Shown here in pieces: positions 35,701 through 41,946 of a DNA stretch of 64,000 nucleotides (the first letter of the stretch is position 1; the number at the start of each line of letters is the position of its first letter). This DNA comes from a virus. The notes under the pieces were generated by a model. That model saw only the letters and a list, made by a program, of their open reading frames with translations. It was not told the origin of the DNA and made no database searches. The stretch spans positions 1 to 64,000 of the IMG/VR virus record IMGVR_UViG_3300020045_002314; one strand, 5' to 3'. The position numbers and the translations under genes were made by a program.

Positions 35701-36032
35701 AAAAGAATAAAACATGGGATGTATTAAATGGTAATAAGATAAAGAATATTATTACTATTGATGCTACAAGTTATGCAAGATTATATAGTAATATTCAAAA
35801 TGCTCCTATTGTTAGGCGAACAATTAAATATAATAATAAGTTTATAGATTTATTTTATTATAAAACATTTGATGAAGTTAATAAAATACATGAATATAAA
35901 TTATTAGATACTAAAAAACTATTACCTTATACTAATATATCTTTAAATAATATTAATAATATAGATAATGTAGCAGGTGTTTCTTTTTATGATAACGATG
36001 ATATGTCAGTTGAATTATATTGTAACAATTAA
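20781..36032 (+). CDS. Giant virion-packaged DNA-dependent RNA polymerase polyprotein (crAss-type double-psi-barrel RNAP) with accessory domains
   Basis: 5083 aa; catalytic 'GYRVP.TSQHSM...QTGWDFDVD' (DFDVD at 33252-33266) and 'INSTDG' (~31990); Gly-rich hydrophobic N-terminal segments; synteny with crAss RNAP loci. Confidence 0.88.
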   Translation: MGFSNIKSNSVELNNKVSNLKTNPSNNKMGFASISNPYGTGYADIKDVGNYTASVNFGVTKDYLNQFDFNVGVGINPSDRQAYNQSTLDVIGNSAGRLVTGIVGKTIEGFGYLFGAITGGLYLAGEATFGNTEDGKNNTYNWIEENPITQLGSFLDKGLEESMPIYGYEKDKNTIGFNATFISELMDGIEFLGSAFVPGVIISKAGLGVKAASSIANIGSKASKSSRTIFKQALSELSKGTAESIKAADELILNSMKAGELSENAVKVLSTIRKTADPALIHVYNVASESAFEAFDAGEQKSNSLIGKVNPETGEIYTPEELAVIKRDAAGKVFLNNVALLSVTNLAETMAISKIFKKGTNAFSTKYLNKLDDVNKPTTNITNSRKLRNFVWAGSKTSTAEAFEELAQSRIQEGTVDDKDSADIYKGLFNSMANVSFTNEDKKAMFLGAIIGFIPGGIGGVTDINNKQAEANRKYTASMITNSLFQGVQDDLFVRDENGEYKTENGNLVLDTAKYRDFINGLENNETDTTTNGRKLRTQGIIDSNPDLYFQGVQLDIHTALSNLYSNNGEITEDDLNNVIDKQAKNITEVYNTATTIKNRNLAKQITIDETKSKLKTLNKSLLTNFKKNKETANALTLLNGLTGLEASKYANYIQYSLNHLNLKLNMNDTINSYFEKLLPSEYRESDGWKKQMYNTIHSLLNPDTTTTDGTRIDNFISDDLKASLKSELESLELTIDNKDKTNGKYTIVNSEDSEIANSLIKNQYDKIFNQDAVNTLNNSKNSLKLFNNYKKADTESRQSQHDISFNNNTNIFNKAFDKLTTELKDTNPETINISELTNQAIEFDKQYQTEQSIIKGKKIKSTPFIDMLNNKLKTLKKEFPKTKIVKVKEDVITTDTEQTVEDTTTDTQQNPSILSTGVEDMTTKGFSNNLKTDTATAIYTEEITDKEGHKDTITYSNLRTLLFKDYTPLSVNVQINDLVKDIFKGILTELNSEIYSKYNLLSKESIDTIFTQYSEILKDFKTKGYEIKTNIIIKGLVKNIKSNELTRVADTIDIVLVNKRGNFIIYNVSSKYNNSTDVTAYKKLLNSQRIFLSQNTTALTTSMLVSEVNLNKVTNEFYDNATVVKPFLIEAINEISTTDVLIKAPIDYKEMRTADVVVSDKERFFGTELETKINNAIIKHLEKSISSKLNETQRTELQKLLNNFIDVFRNIQYTTDGKSGLEAIFLDKTITYDDAIIEYFLYFYNRYNREVLKRNDEGLVSLIKTMVNDINKIKGLEKVTIDELGILKTRNNIVNITFEFNVEFFVNIFTKKTKRDVREMSVSNTIIYNAISDYSTLKEIILGDKGISNNRQLGVILNDILNNKIKSNETLIKLINSTKEKDTNLFNNLVHLAILNKISNFITDKDILNELHIIKNELSSYYKADITVEIKDDKGVVTKELNISPDVRTAITESFDDILGKNIERALELLSNEVVLENNPVEEIIVENNSNDKIADIERRRHEELVKPLEKVKNSKNKEELIQFSEEWIGINPYDDGAVSMGVRANLMTPNSFQKGKELFIEEFKNTTEIRNKQINAKYDAELKALKQQNIQSNNQNTNTEINTIDTNIIEPIDIIEPIDIPQLTTLNTDNSLRIFLNDFFKTTNKSTNENGDVVLNDDNIKLIYNDLQNLNSKTEYYIKKTNVNNYNIYTIYANIEGIEIQIGTLQRQIDETFNDTLEDVISSKLGYGWAEYIYQDIIYNLNEETRTKLYELLNTDSLITPFKQSVLNKELLDNILSLFPNIITTTVNNKEYTLTKMQYIELLQNNTQYANNPSEFLKHLSNSFSGKNAAKGKNVDFLTRIYNDAITSQEIIKSLTTQDKVNLKYVKSSSGQYNKSNKQRPLFEVFDKTKGRLAHYSNGILQYRNSDGTTDAVYNQQLIDTVQKFKKPNGYYWVTTENFNKSEFPIKLGQRNITTDEALNIYNELLKNNYNPIYKLLTTNKIKDLLKQVSGIDKDIKSYTSQDLDKTKFMELATNTFVDFIFGNDNVKHNRSSYDNLGSIFTTDVNYVLDNEGNKIGVTTPFASTTNISYVERAFTLILELDNTQVNNITKFDNTNLNNIKNGVEELFNSNPDLANIGTQEQYSAYLDTIFPDSKVKDVVYHGANEPIEGDKFVVRPGATGNGIWFSGSKRYATQVLNRAPQQESLLGRKLRGEPTMYSAILNIINPKHYKDASGAILAQSPERFLEGKIEEYRLHGNEQYNKDIDDGALFHHPNSKKPDTSDSAEQVVVFNPDQIHILGSKQDIEGFKEFINDTPIITDISVQELEDILDKEKQKLLNPLIEEKQELETLLEEYEEFKNINNIKIKELIFSNEININSIITDNVTEIEIEEIAKEEYIKIEEVKPLIEKTLNTVLNDKRKLTNLNSKLKTIISKILKTILTLGIIFTLHTNFKNDIKEYKIKEVIKTEVNIDTIDNSYDKLTNDGKIAYLQEKQNNKAFIIIDKPTATAYIYDKDGKLIKYFPVLLGQSIGDEISKSDANSDVAENAFTTSGRYVLQAAPEKVLSEYNNRLMYIDSETGLAIHETYKGELKERTKALNTPTIDDNRKTWGCVNVSSENYDIYLAPHIQPGSVIIITRDFQNNIVKPINIQESKKTSKQSNVSFNILALLGLSSLLRKKQISNLSEQDIESLKNRIIDINNKINEIKTYYANIRINNNLIQELEDDDLPDVFRRTPINQKEINIKSSYESAKQYLEERLGNVKFNWLNEYVERIPDVKTHGFVSNAAITLIEGAAYGTEYHEAFEYVFKYLIGDTYKSEVISEASKYYKTDDVNLLREQLAEDYRLYEILRNEENKPKTIIDFFKHLFKTLREFISLSPYTKRLFEDIYNGRFVNKEILTNNENVGIIANNYLNSIKGFTPSNLDSSINLTVALMVAAQNHTQIINGKRVKLSDISIETIVTNKTDDGSFNNKYNIKHVVINILAKKINTMFKDKSEVYKITYDKFNEQYITSLDTIEAITFTNYLNNNTAILNDLKYNNTDVSIYSLARKYMNDKLFTSFYDINDLEEIKDNRVNALTKMYDENIFSESHSYNFSPIVKQYLASIKEKTFDINGGVIDKLDDFTGLPKFIDFEILYNKLIDILAGTHTIDEKLNVLKTHSNFHPTLKEIYNKLTELQDNKLANEDLYNAFMSDFTGTYFDEYATNLTEEAIYLNKLNQTPKENILNTIKGNIYSNQAITKLTIEDLKGYLTIINSSTNNSEIMDMLVKIFNYISVPITKDILYSYIKDETINIDNKTTLLKSLVTEDKLNGLLKVVNSSNNNNKDINIYLEKYSEMINKYSLAKLELSYTDINGNKKYSFRKYNTINEFFSKLKSKHEPNQNSVKEYLMELMLDNSYHYSNWLFNNKGLLVKEGSRVSLNTNLVSNFDIALYGGSKNATGQTSGYLRETHFEQAINNLSWYMNSKFISPMPFGDSTNHYMIKAINFKLLPNDITIKDKSIILSDKSDIFIALRNVILQEKIRMSEAKMYMYNKDGKLKPDYELEQLNLIENVHYKVDKSGNRIYRDEKGNPVGNIFKFNNIELTEDIIYNGEVQLNLVNEQVINDAIQKLINNEMNSNLGVLYKSLNSEFPTISDTEFNNIILELLMNTLITNVEIGNFFNGNIMQQSKVAGVNKRAKKGIQFGYNLYSNSTLSTIVVNDRMINLNTKGESNRKETYTNIINRVSTIVNTNYNNKYKDIILANIKSQYSADINSTDGWSIMTIDGYVKMYLEGKGRFNDYRYLFNYTNGKYTLKSNLSKQDIKAVLQVIKPIMVDMKSNIIKDDKTEYRVNVARYEKLSIFIIDELFVQPDSEMQELLTAMNEGIDGKPIDRIIFASGKKDGNVKRYSIFDENAKFNKDLFKAQPHIVEDIPVSKYKIQLEVPDDIRDKEIKVGVQLYKHIASNINNIHSYKPSFLISKNDISGKQLKQEHQNTFSSIIKKQSTNLLKTLYDNLNLRDNADHTLIYNNLVRALQDRNIPNDIIKSIKLINKKIVTDLGANGINDKIVPVINSLFRNNITDTKLEGGHTVILSDAFSNTSLKDAEYSDDLKCYADENGNWVVEVYMPVWNSELLDELGNPVDISKLDNKLLNGIGYRVPITSQHSMVTYKVKGFTPPTSGSVITLPSNLITQTGWDFDVDSIYLLTKTIKKIKGRYYANSYKRITYQDYLNNSILENYNLSELTEISAKYISLDSELKTLNKSLDNAELKTSTNYKENYNKLQYLLERYNKEIDVDKKQKMEKSLYNLRVMLLMDAALEINTNVDEEFKSKFKTLKDEKDKYFKEITKLLINKGLIYKESKFEELVKSDITTVLTIEQLQNRMIDIWTDMLSQNNGFIAMVTSSTIKPNELIRDEINTIFESNKVSKSPILASNNFNTRINTTSGKEMLGIAANSGSIITILEEGSAVLNYDLQIPYYIEYNDVNLNNVQNDYGNYEVITFNNRKYIKTKFKNIGWNDSGDTRMLTKLYEDNNDVEYTYTISESIGWDTDHSVDINSSLMPRNINRNTIGTNIAAKMLKLPPRYITLLFNQKIIDDMLNLINKHNPNDGRLNAKTAIEDIYFTMLFKKLAYTDNKFNNNVEYVEMNRDYIKHNTVLSNKLYNDNKSVYDIFNIVDEPFDEVDLKNFIIEGLDIQKQPVDKQVEFIKKQLNVFKMYKYLNSTSEAMLGETSKMNADKIDSGITFDAVTDLIKAVDSKDKVVIYTNTGKPFLKELYSNPDLYKLMYTYYKEGVENLYNIAKDLFGYLTPTLKTEIDGFHELYPYARREVYKFIRSIYYSIYKDFNLFKLANDEVNQNLYNLKNDNSLVSRIVKLKSKPENQQPIWLQYINVVPFRNNQNYAYLTFTNYNNKMLNYIHDSFNNYIDENIEDNYTLVEDLVKYAYFKEGFTYKYSNISNLLTDFTFTILGFNDYKINAFNKIKTDTLNLDTNNILLSFLLTNRYDNQFVPKVKVTKKNKTWDVLNGNKIKNIITIDATSYARLYSNIQNAPIVRRTIKYNNKFIDLFYYKTFDEVNKIHEYKLLDTKKLLPYTNISLNNINNIDNVAGVSFYDNDDMSVELYCNN
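25606..25646 (+). repeat. 18-bp tandem repeat (ATATTATAGAACCTATTG x2.3) encoding IIEPID twice
   Basis: Read directly; lies in a linker after the inserted cassette. Confidence 0.9.
27085..27665 (+). other. ADP-ribosyltransferase-like (ART-PolyVal type) domain within the RNAP polyprotein
   Basis: 'VVYHGA..GIWFS..YA..MYSAILNIINP..DG..EQVVVFNPDQIHILGS' follows the ART-PolyVal pattern (YHG / G.YFT / E..VF.P.QI). Confidence 0.7.
28221..28640 (+). other. L,D-transpeptidase (YkuD)-like domain within the RNAP polyprotein
   Basis: 'IIIDK..AYIYDKDGKLIKYFPVLLG..TTSGRY..LAIHET..DNRKTWGCVNV..PGSVIII': His and G-C catalytic pattern of YkuD. Confidence 0.75.
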
Positions 36033-36042
36033 TTAAGTAATT

Positions 36043-39000
36043 ATGATTTGTCCTAATTTAAAAAACAAAGAAGTTAAAATAGAATTTATGAAGATTTCAA
36101 ATCTTATAGGTAGTAACAATGCTTATAAGGTTTGGAATTTAAATAATGGTAATCCATTACATTTAAATTCAGATGGTAGCCCTAGTCAAACTTATAAAGA
36201 TTTAATGAATAAGTTAATAAATGATGAAGAACTTGTTATTAAAAAGATAAGTGAAAATTTATTAAATAATGAAATAATTATTGAACCTAATGAACTTCAA
36301 AAACAATCATTTATAGCATTTAATGAAATAGCTACTGAACAATATACAAATAAAGTTAAAGATTTATTATTATATAATTTTAGTAAAATAGGTTTAAATA
36401 ACATTAACGTAATAGCGGATACTACATTAAAAGATAATGCCAGTGTAGAGAAAATAGATGGTGTTATAACAATTAAATTCAATCCTAATAAAATTAAAAA
36501 CGATAGTATATTTCATGAATTTGGACATATCTATATAGACTTAATAGAAGATAAAGTATTTATACAAAATATTATAGATAAACTTAAAGGTACTGATTTA
36601 TGGTATAAAATAGCTTTATTATATCCTGAACTTACAGAAGAACAATTAGGTAAAGAAGTATTAACTACTGCTATAGGAATGAAAGCAAAAGAAATATATA
36701 ATACAAGTGAAGATGTTTCATGGTGGAAATTTATAGTTAATTTAATTAAATCTAAGTTACAAGAATTATTTAATACTAAAGAACATCAAATTGAACAATT
36801 AGCTAATGATTTAATAACAGGTGATTTTAGTAAACAAATAAATCATAATTATGATATATTATTACAACATCAAAAAGATGCTATTGATATTAATTCATTA
36901 AAAGATTGGACAGAAGCAATACAATCACAATCTAATAAACTACAATCGTTAATAAAACAATATAAAGATTTAGGTATAAGACCTGAGGAAGTTAATGATA
37001 GTATTAAAGTAAAAGCTAAATATGATAGATATTTAAATCATTTAAATAATACTAATTTAACTAATATGTTTGAAGCTTGTGTATCAATGTTAGAATTTGA
37101 TAAAACAACTTTAATAACAGTAGAACAAGATATTGAAAAACTTAAAAAAGTATTTAATAAAAACTTTACACCTGAAACAATAACTTTAGATGAATTTAAT
37201 TATTTAAATCAACGTATAAACTTTGCACGTAATTTTGTTAATTCAATAATTGATATATCTAATATAACAAATCCATTATTAGCTACAGATTTAGATTTTA
37301 TTAATGGAGAATTATCTCAAGAAGAAGTTACATATATAAATAATATTAATAATTCATATTTAAAATTAATGCAATCTGTTGATATTAAAAGTTTTGATAG
37401 ACGTGTTAAAGAAATTAATATGGTTTTAGATAAGTTTAGACAAATATCTATGACTTGGGTTTTACAATTAAGTAGTAATCCTAGATATGAAAAGTTTGAA
37501 CAATCAGATTGGATGGATTTATATAAAACTGGATTAGTAGATGAAACAACAATGCAATTATATTTCGATTCTATATTTGATAGTAGTAATTCATTCTTAG
37601 CTAATTTTGCTAAATATGAAATGTTTAATTATTCCTTTATGAATGATGAAATAAGAAGATTAAAAATAGAATTTAATAAACAATTAAAAACAGCAGGTGG
37701 AAATGATGTTTATGATAAGATTATAGAAAATGGTAGATTAATACAAAAATATAAATTTAGTGAATTTTGGACAGACTTAAATAAAGCTTTAACAGAAGGT
37801 AATAAAAATGATGCATGGAATATTAAATTAAAGTATGCAAATATTGCTACACCTGATGAATTTAATAAAGCTATTGTTAATATGCGTTCTAAAGTTAAAG
37901 ATGATTTAGATTTAAAACAAATGTCTGTAGAAGAAGCTAGTAATTATATTACAGAAGAAGAATGGAATCTATGGATTAAAGATAACTTTCATCAAAAATC
38001 AGATGGTACTTATATACCTAGAATAGGAGGATTATATGCTTTACCTAAAGATACTTATATAAATCCTAAATGGGAAACGTTACAATCTAATCCTATAACT
38101 AAAGAATTTCATGGATATATGGTAGAATTAATGCGTAAACTTACAAGTCATGCTTCTAATTCACCACAGTATAAAGGTTATATGGCTGCTATATCTAAAA
38201 CTAAATTAAATAAAGTAAAAGTAGAAAAGTTAGATGAAGAGTTTTCAGATATGGATGGTAATAAATTATATACTATCCCATTCCCATTTTTAGGTTATTT
38301 AAGTAATGAAACTAAAATACCAATTCGTCAACAAGTTACTGATGAAACAGATGAAATGTATGAAAAAAGTATAGTTGACTATGCTAATCTTTTATTTAAA
38401 GATAAAGTTGGATTTGTACCTTTTACAACATTAAAAGAAATATTAAAAGAAAATGATAATATTGAAAAACGTAATAAAGAATTTCATAAAGAACACGTTA
38501 ATACAGATTTAAAATATACAATGGATTTATTTATTGAATCAGCTATTACTAATAAATATAAAGCTAGAATGTATGATAGTGTTATGTTAGCATTATATTC
38601 ATTTGAAAATGATACATTAATAAATACAAATAATAAAGGTAAAAATGTTATTGATAAGTTAAAGTATGCAATAGGTTTAACAGATTCAGGAGAAATTAAT
38701 AGACAACCAAACACCTATCTTACTAAAGGGGTCTTAACCAAATCAGCTAAACATCTTCGTAAAAAGATTGAAATGACTTTCTTTGATATGTTTACTAAAC
38801 CTAATGATTATAATGATGTTCTACAAAAGTTTAAAAATTATACATCTTTAATTGGTATAGGTTTTAATGGTTTAGCAGCATTTAAAAATGTTACATATGG
38901 TGGTTATATGTCATTAATAGAAAGTAGTTGTAAACAATTTATATCTTTTAAATCATTAGATAAAGGTGCTAGATTATATCATTCAGGATTAGTAGATTAT

Positions 39001-40320
39001 TTCTCTACAATGAATAGTGAAACTAGTAATACTTTAGTAGGTGCTTTAATTAAACGCTTAAATATTATAGAAAACTATACAGACTTATTAGAAAAACAAT
39101 CACCTAGTTTACATGAAAATAAATTACATAAATTATTTATATCTACAGCTTATGCAGGTACTACAATGGGTGAACATATGATGCATAATACTGTATTAAT
39201 GGCTATGTTAAATGAGTATAAATTAATTGATGGTAAACTTACAAATTATAAAGATTATAGTAGGAAATTGATTAAAAAAACTGAAACAGATAATATTGAT
39301 GAAATTGATAAAAAAAACAAAGATTTATTAGATACATTCAATAATACACCTAGTTTAATAAATATGTTTGAATTAATAGATGGTGTAGCTGAAATTAAAA
39401 AAGATGAAAATGGTAAACCATTAATATCAGATATTCAATATGCTCAATTTAAATCATTAGTAAAAGGTGTTAATCAACATCTTCATGGTATTTATAATAA
39501 AGAAGATAAAGGTATTATTGAGAATAATGTTTTAGGTCAATTATTAATGCAATTTAGACATTGGATGCGACCAGGTTGGAATAAGAGGTTTAATAGTAGA
39601 GGAGTACCATACATCTTTCAAATATGGAATAGTAAAGAATTTGGTGAAAATCAAAACTATTGGAATGAACGTAGAAATGTTGAATCTTATGGAGATTATA
39701 ATAGTTTAACTAAAGCATTAACTAGTGGTATTAAAGAACAATATATTGAACATCTTAATAATAAAATAGTAGATAATAAATTAGGTAATAAATCTTTAGC
39801 TATACTTTCAAGTATTTCATTAGGTATGTATAAACAAATAGTAAATGCTAGAATGTATTGGAATACAATGAATGATGAAGAAAAGTCAGGTGCTATAAGA
39901 GCAATTGCAGAATTAGGTATGGTTGCATTATTAATAACTGTTTATAGTTTAGCATTTGACGACGACGATGATGATAAATACTTTGGTAAAGATTTTCTTA
40001 TATATCAATTAGATGCTTCTATTACAGAGTTATTAAGTTATGTACCTTTATACGGATGGGTTAACGAAGGTCTTAAAGTAACTGCAAATCCTACTGGAAC
40101 ATGGTCTACAATGTTAAAGTTATTTAAATTAACTAAAGAATTAGTAGAGTATCCATTTGTAAAAGAAGATGAACTTTATTATAAAAGAGGTGTACATAAA
40201 GGAGAATTACAATTAAAATGGATGTTTATAAACGTAGTACCAATTGGAGGACAAATAAATAGATGGATGAAGTTAGACGACCAAAACAAAGCATATAAGC
40301 AATGGGGAATGCCACAATAG
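36043..40320 (+). CDS. Large virion cargo protein with N-terminal zincin-like metallopeptidase motif (RNAP-associated)
   Basis: 1425 aa; MICPN start; HEFGH at ~36514-36528 with downstream 'KEVL'; C-terminal 'MQFRHW' and a hydrophobic helix before poly-Asp. Confidence 0.7.
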   Translation: MICPNLKNKEVKIEFMKISNLIGSNNAYKVWNLNNGNPLHLNSDGSPSQTYKDLMNKLINDEELVIKKISENLLNNEIIIEPNELQKQSFIAFNEIATEQYTNKVKDLLLYNFSKIGLNNINVIADTTLKDNASVEKIDGVITIKFNPNKIKNDSIFHEFGHIYIDLIEDKVFIQNIIDKLKGTDLWYKIALLYPELTEEQLGKEVLTTAIGMKAKEIYNTSEDVSWWKFIVNLIKSKLQELFNTKEHQIEQLANDLITGDFSKQINHNYDILLQHQKDAIDINSLKDWTEAIQSQSNKLQSLIKQYKDLGIRPEEVNDSIKVKAKYDRYLNHLNNTNLTNMFEACVSMLEFDKTTLITVEQDIEKLKKVFNKNFTPETITLDEFNYLNQRINFARNFVNSIIDISNITNPLLATDLDFINGELSQEEVTYINNINNSYLKLMQSVDIKSFDRRVKEINMVLDKFRQISMTWVLQLSSNPRYEKFEQSDWMDLYKTGLVDETTMQLYFDSIFDSSNSFLANFAKYEMFNYSFMNDEIRRLKIEFNKQLKTAGGNDVYDKIIENGRLIQKYKFSEFWTDLNKALTEGNKNDAWNIKLKYANIATPDEFNKAIVNMRSKVKDDLDLKQMSVEEASNYITEEEWNLWIKDNFHQKSDGTYIPRIGGLYALPKDTYINPKWETLQSNPITKEFHGYMVELMRKLTSHASNSPQYKGYMAAISKTKLNKVKVEKLDEEFSDMDGNKLYTIPFPFLGYLSNETKIPIRQQVTDETDEMYEKSIVDYANLLFKDKVGFVPFTTLKEILKENDNIEKRNKEFHKEHVNTDLKYTMDLFIESAITNKYKARMYDSVMLALYSFENDTLINTNNKGKNVIDKLKYAIGLTDSGEINRQPNTYLTKGVLTKSAKHLRKKIEMTFFDMFTKPNDYNDVLQKFKNYTSLIGIGFNGLAAFKNVTYGGYMSLIESSCKQFISFKSLDKGARLYHSGLVDYFSTMNSETSNTLVGALIKRLNIIENYTDLLEKQSPSLHENKLHKLFISTAYAGTTMGEHMMHNTVLMAMLNEYKLIDGKLTNYKDYSRKLIKKTETDNIDEIDKKNKDLLDTFNNTPSLINMFELIDGVAEIKKDENGKPLISDIQYAQFKSLVKGVNQHLHGIYNKEDKGIIENNVLGQLLMQFRHWMRPGWNKRFNSRGVPYIFQIWNSKEFGENQNYWNERRNVESYGDYNSLTKALTSGIKEQYIEHLNNKIVDNKLGNKSLAILSSISLGMYKQIVNARMYWNTMNDEEKSGAIRAIAELGMVALLITVYSLAFDDDDDDKYFGKDFLIYQLDASITELLSYVPLYGWVNEGLKVTANPTGTWSTMLKLFKLTKELVEYPFVKEDELYYKRGVHKGELQLKWMFINVVPIGGQINRWMKLDDQNKAYKQWGMPQ

Positions 40321-40340
40321 GTATAAATGTTATAAAAAAT

Positions 40341-40373
40341 AAAGCTGTTAGAAATGAATCTAACAGCTTTTTT
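40341..40373. terminator. Bidirectional rho-independent terminator between the convergent modules
   Basis: Perfect 12-bp stem AAAGCTGTTAGA-aatgaa-TCTAACAGCTTT with an A-tract before and a T-tract after. Confidence 0.9.
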
Positions 40374-40393
40374 AATGAAGAATAATTACAGGA

Positions 40394-40894
40394 TTATTTA
40401 CCTGTACTACCTAAACCACCATCACCCCTAAGTGTATCACTTAATTCATCAACTTCAATTACCTTTACTTGTACATAAGGTACAACTTCAATTTGTCCTA
40501 TACGTTCATGATGTCTAATTATTAAATCACATCGTTTACTATTATATGCACCTATTAATAATTCTCCACGATAATCATTATCTATTAATCCAATTGCATT
40601 AGAAAACATTAAACCTTCTTTAATAGATTTACCACTTCTAGGTCTTAAATCAACTTTATAACCTTCAGGTGGTTCTATTGCAATTCCTGTATGAATTATC
40701 GCAGTTGTAAAAGGAGGTACTATAATTGTACCATTTGAATTAACATTTAATACACCTTTAATATTATATGCATCATAACATTCTATAATTTCATATGAAG
40801 ATATATCTACACAAACATCCATAGCTGCTGCAAAAGGTGTTTGATATTTAGGTATTATAGCATCTACTGCTAATCTTTTAATTTTTAATTCCAT
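40394..40894 (-). CDS. dut: Trimeric dUTPase
   Basis: Motifs AAAMD, RPRSG, GLIDNDYRGE, ERIGQ, RGDGGLGSTG. Confidence 0.95.
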   Translation of the reverse strand: MELKIKRLAVDAIIPKYQTPFAAAMDVCVDISSYEIIECYDAYNIKGVLNVNSNGTIIVPPFTTAIIHTGIAIEPPEGYKVDLRPRSGKSIKEGLMFSNAIGLIDNDYRGELLIGAYNSKRCDLIIRHHERIGQIEVVPYVQVKVIEVDELSDTLRGDGGLGSTGK

Positions 40895-41119
40895 TTATTT
40901 TACTTTTTCATATTCATAATTATTTTTAATACTATTAAAATATTTTCCTACACTAGTAGATGTTTTTAAAGTATTATATATTTCTTTTTCTACATCAAAA
41001 TATCTAAATGTAGAATCATTTTTAAAAGTAATATATAATATACTCTTATCTTCATCATATCCTATATAAGATATTTGAGAAGATTGTACAGGAAACATTG
41101 ATACACTATTTGTTTTCAT
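40895..41119 (-). CDS. KTSC domain protein
   Basis: 'VQSSQISYIGYD..LYITFK..YFDV..SVGKYFN'. Confidence 0.9.
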   Translation of the reverse strand: MKTNSVSMFPVQSSQISYIGYDEDKSILYITFKNDSTFRYFDVEKEIYNTLKTSTSVGKYFNSIKNNYEYEKVK

Positions 41120-41122
41120 AAT

Positions 41123-41674
41123 CTAATCTAATTGTGATTGTTTTAATTTAAATAATTCATGTATTATTTTAGCTTCATGATAAGCATCATCATATGCTCT
41201 ATGTTGTTCTAAATAATCTGTATTAGGAAAGAAATAATCCCATGCTTCTTGTACCTTAGGGTATTTATAGCCTGACATCTTTGTATTAGGTAACTTCATA
41301 ATTGGTGTTAATTCTAACATAGGACAAGGATATAAACCTTTATTAAATTTAAATCCACGCATCTCAAAGAATCCTATATCAAAATTTCTATTAAATGCAG
41401 TACATTCATAATTATCAAATATATGTTGTAAAGATTTATTAATATATTTTATATTAACTCCATATCTTATTTCATCTATTGTTAAATTTGAATTTTGTAT
41501 TATCCAACTATTAGCTATCTTTTCTTTAGTTATACCATCTTCATTAGTAACAAAGTTCATTAAGGCTTTAATTTCTCCTGTTTCTAAATCTAATGTACAT
41601 ATACCAATTTCTACAATTGCATCAAATTCTTTACTAAATCCTGTTGTTTCAATATCTATTACTGCTATCTCCAT
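41123..41674 (-). CDS. DEDDh 3'-5' exonuclease (DnaQ-like)
   Basis: IDIETTG, AFNRNFD, HRAYDDA. Confidence 0.9.
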   Translation of the reverse strand: MEIAVIDIETTGFSKEFDAIVEIGICTLDLETGEIKALMNFVTNEDGITKEKIANSWIIQNSNLTIDEIRYGVNIKYINKSLQHIFDNYECTAFNRNFDIGFFEMRGFKFNKGLYPCPMLELTPIMKLPNTKMSGYKYPKVQEAWDYFFPNTDYLEQHRAYDDAYHEAKIIHELFKLKQSQLD

Positions 41675-41676
41675 AT

Positions 41677-41937
41677 TTAAATTATATTAGGTACTATAAA
41701 TATCTTTTCAGGTTTATCATAACTTCTATCAAAATATTCATTTACACCATCCCATTCAGGAGATAACCAATCATATTGCTCAATAGCTTCATCTACATCT
41801 ACAATACTACATTCTCTAATACCATCTGTATTATCATCATTAATCCATATAGGATTATAACCCATAAATACTGTAGGTAATTTCATTATATCTTCAAATG
41901 TTAATGAAGATACTTCAATCCATGTATTTGTTTCCAT
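41677..41937 (-). CDS. Acidic hypothetical protein
   Basis: 86-aa ORF in operon; 'WIEVS' N-terminus loosely resembles DUF551-like proteins. Confidence 0.5.
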   Translation of the reverse strand: METNTWIEVSSLTFEDIMKLPTVFMGYNPIWINDDNTDGIRECSIVDVDEAIEQYDWLSPEWDGVNEYFDRSYDKPEKIFIVPNII

Positions 41938-41946
41938 ATAATTTTA

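Noticed and set aside
20781-36032. Inteins or self-splicing introns explaining the RNAP size
   Set aside because: No C/S...HN-[CST] splice junctions or LAGLIDADG/HNH motifs were recognised, and the frame is uninterrupted; PolB, helicases and primase are also of normal length
21281-38714. Numerous - strand ORFs inside the giant genes (e.g. 21623-22093, 27542-28108, 28160-28432)
   Set aside because: Antisense shadows produced by codon bias; Ser/Leu/Ile/Phe-rich with no motifs
39958-39976. GAC/GAT trinucleotide run
   Set aside because: Simply encodes a poly-Asp linker after a hydrophobic helix; mixed codons, so not a phase-variable tract
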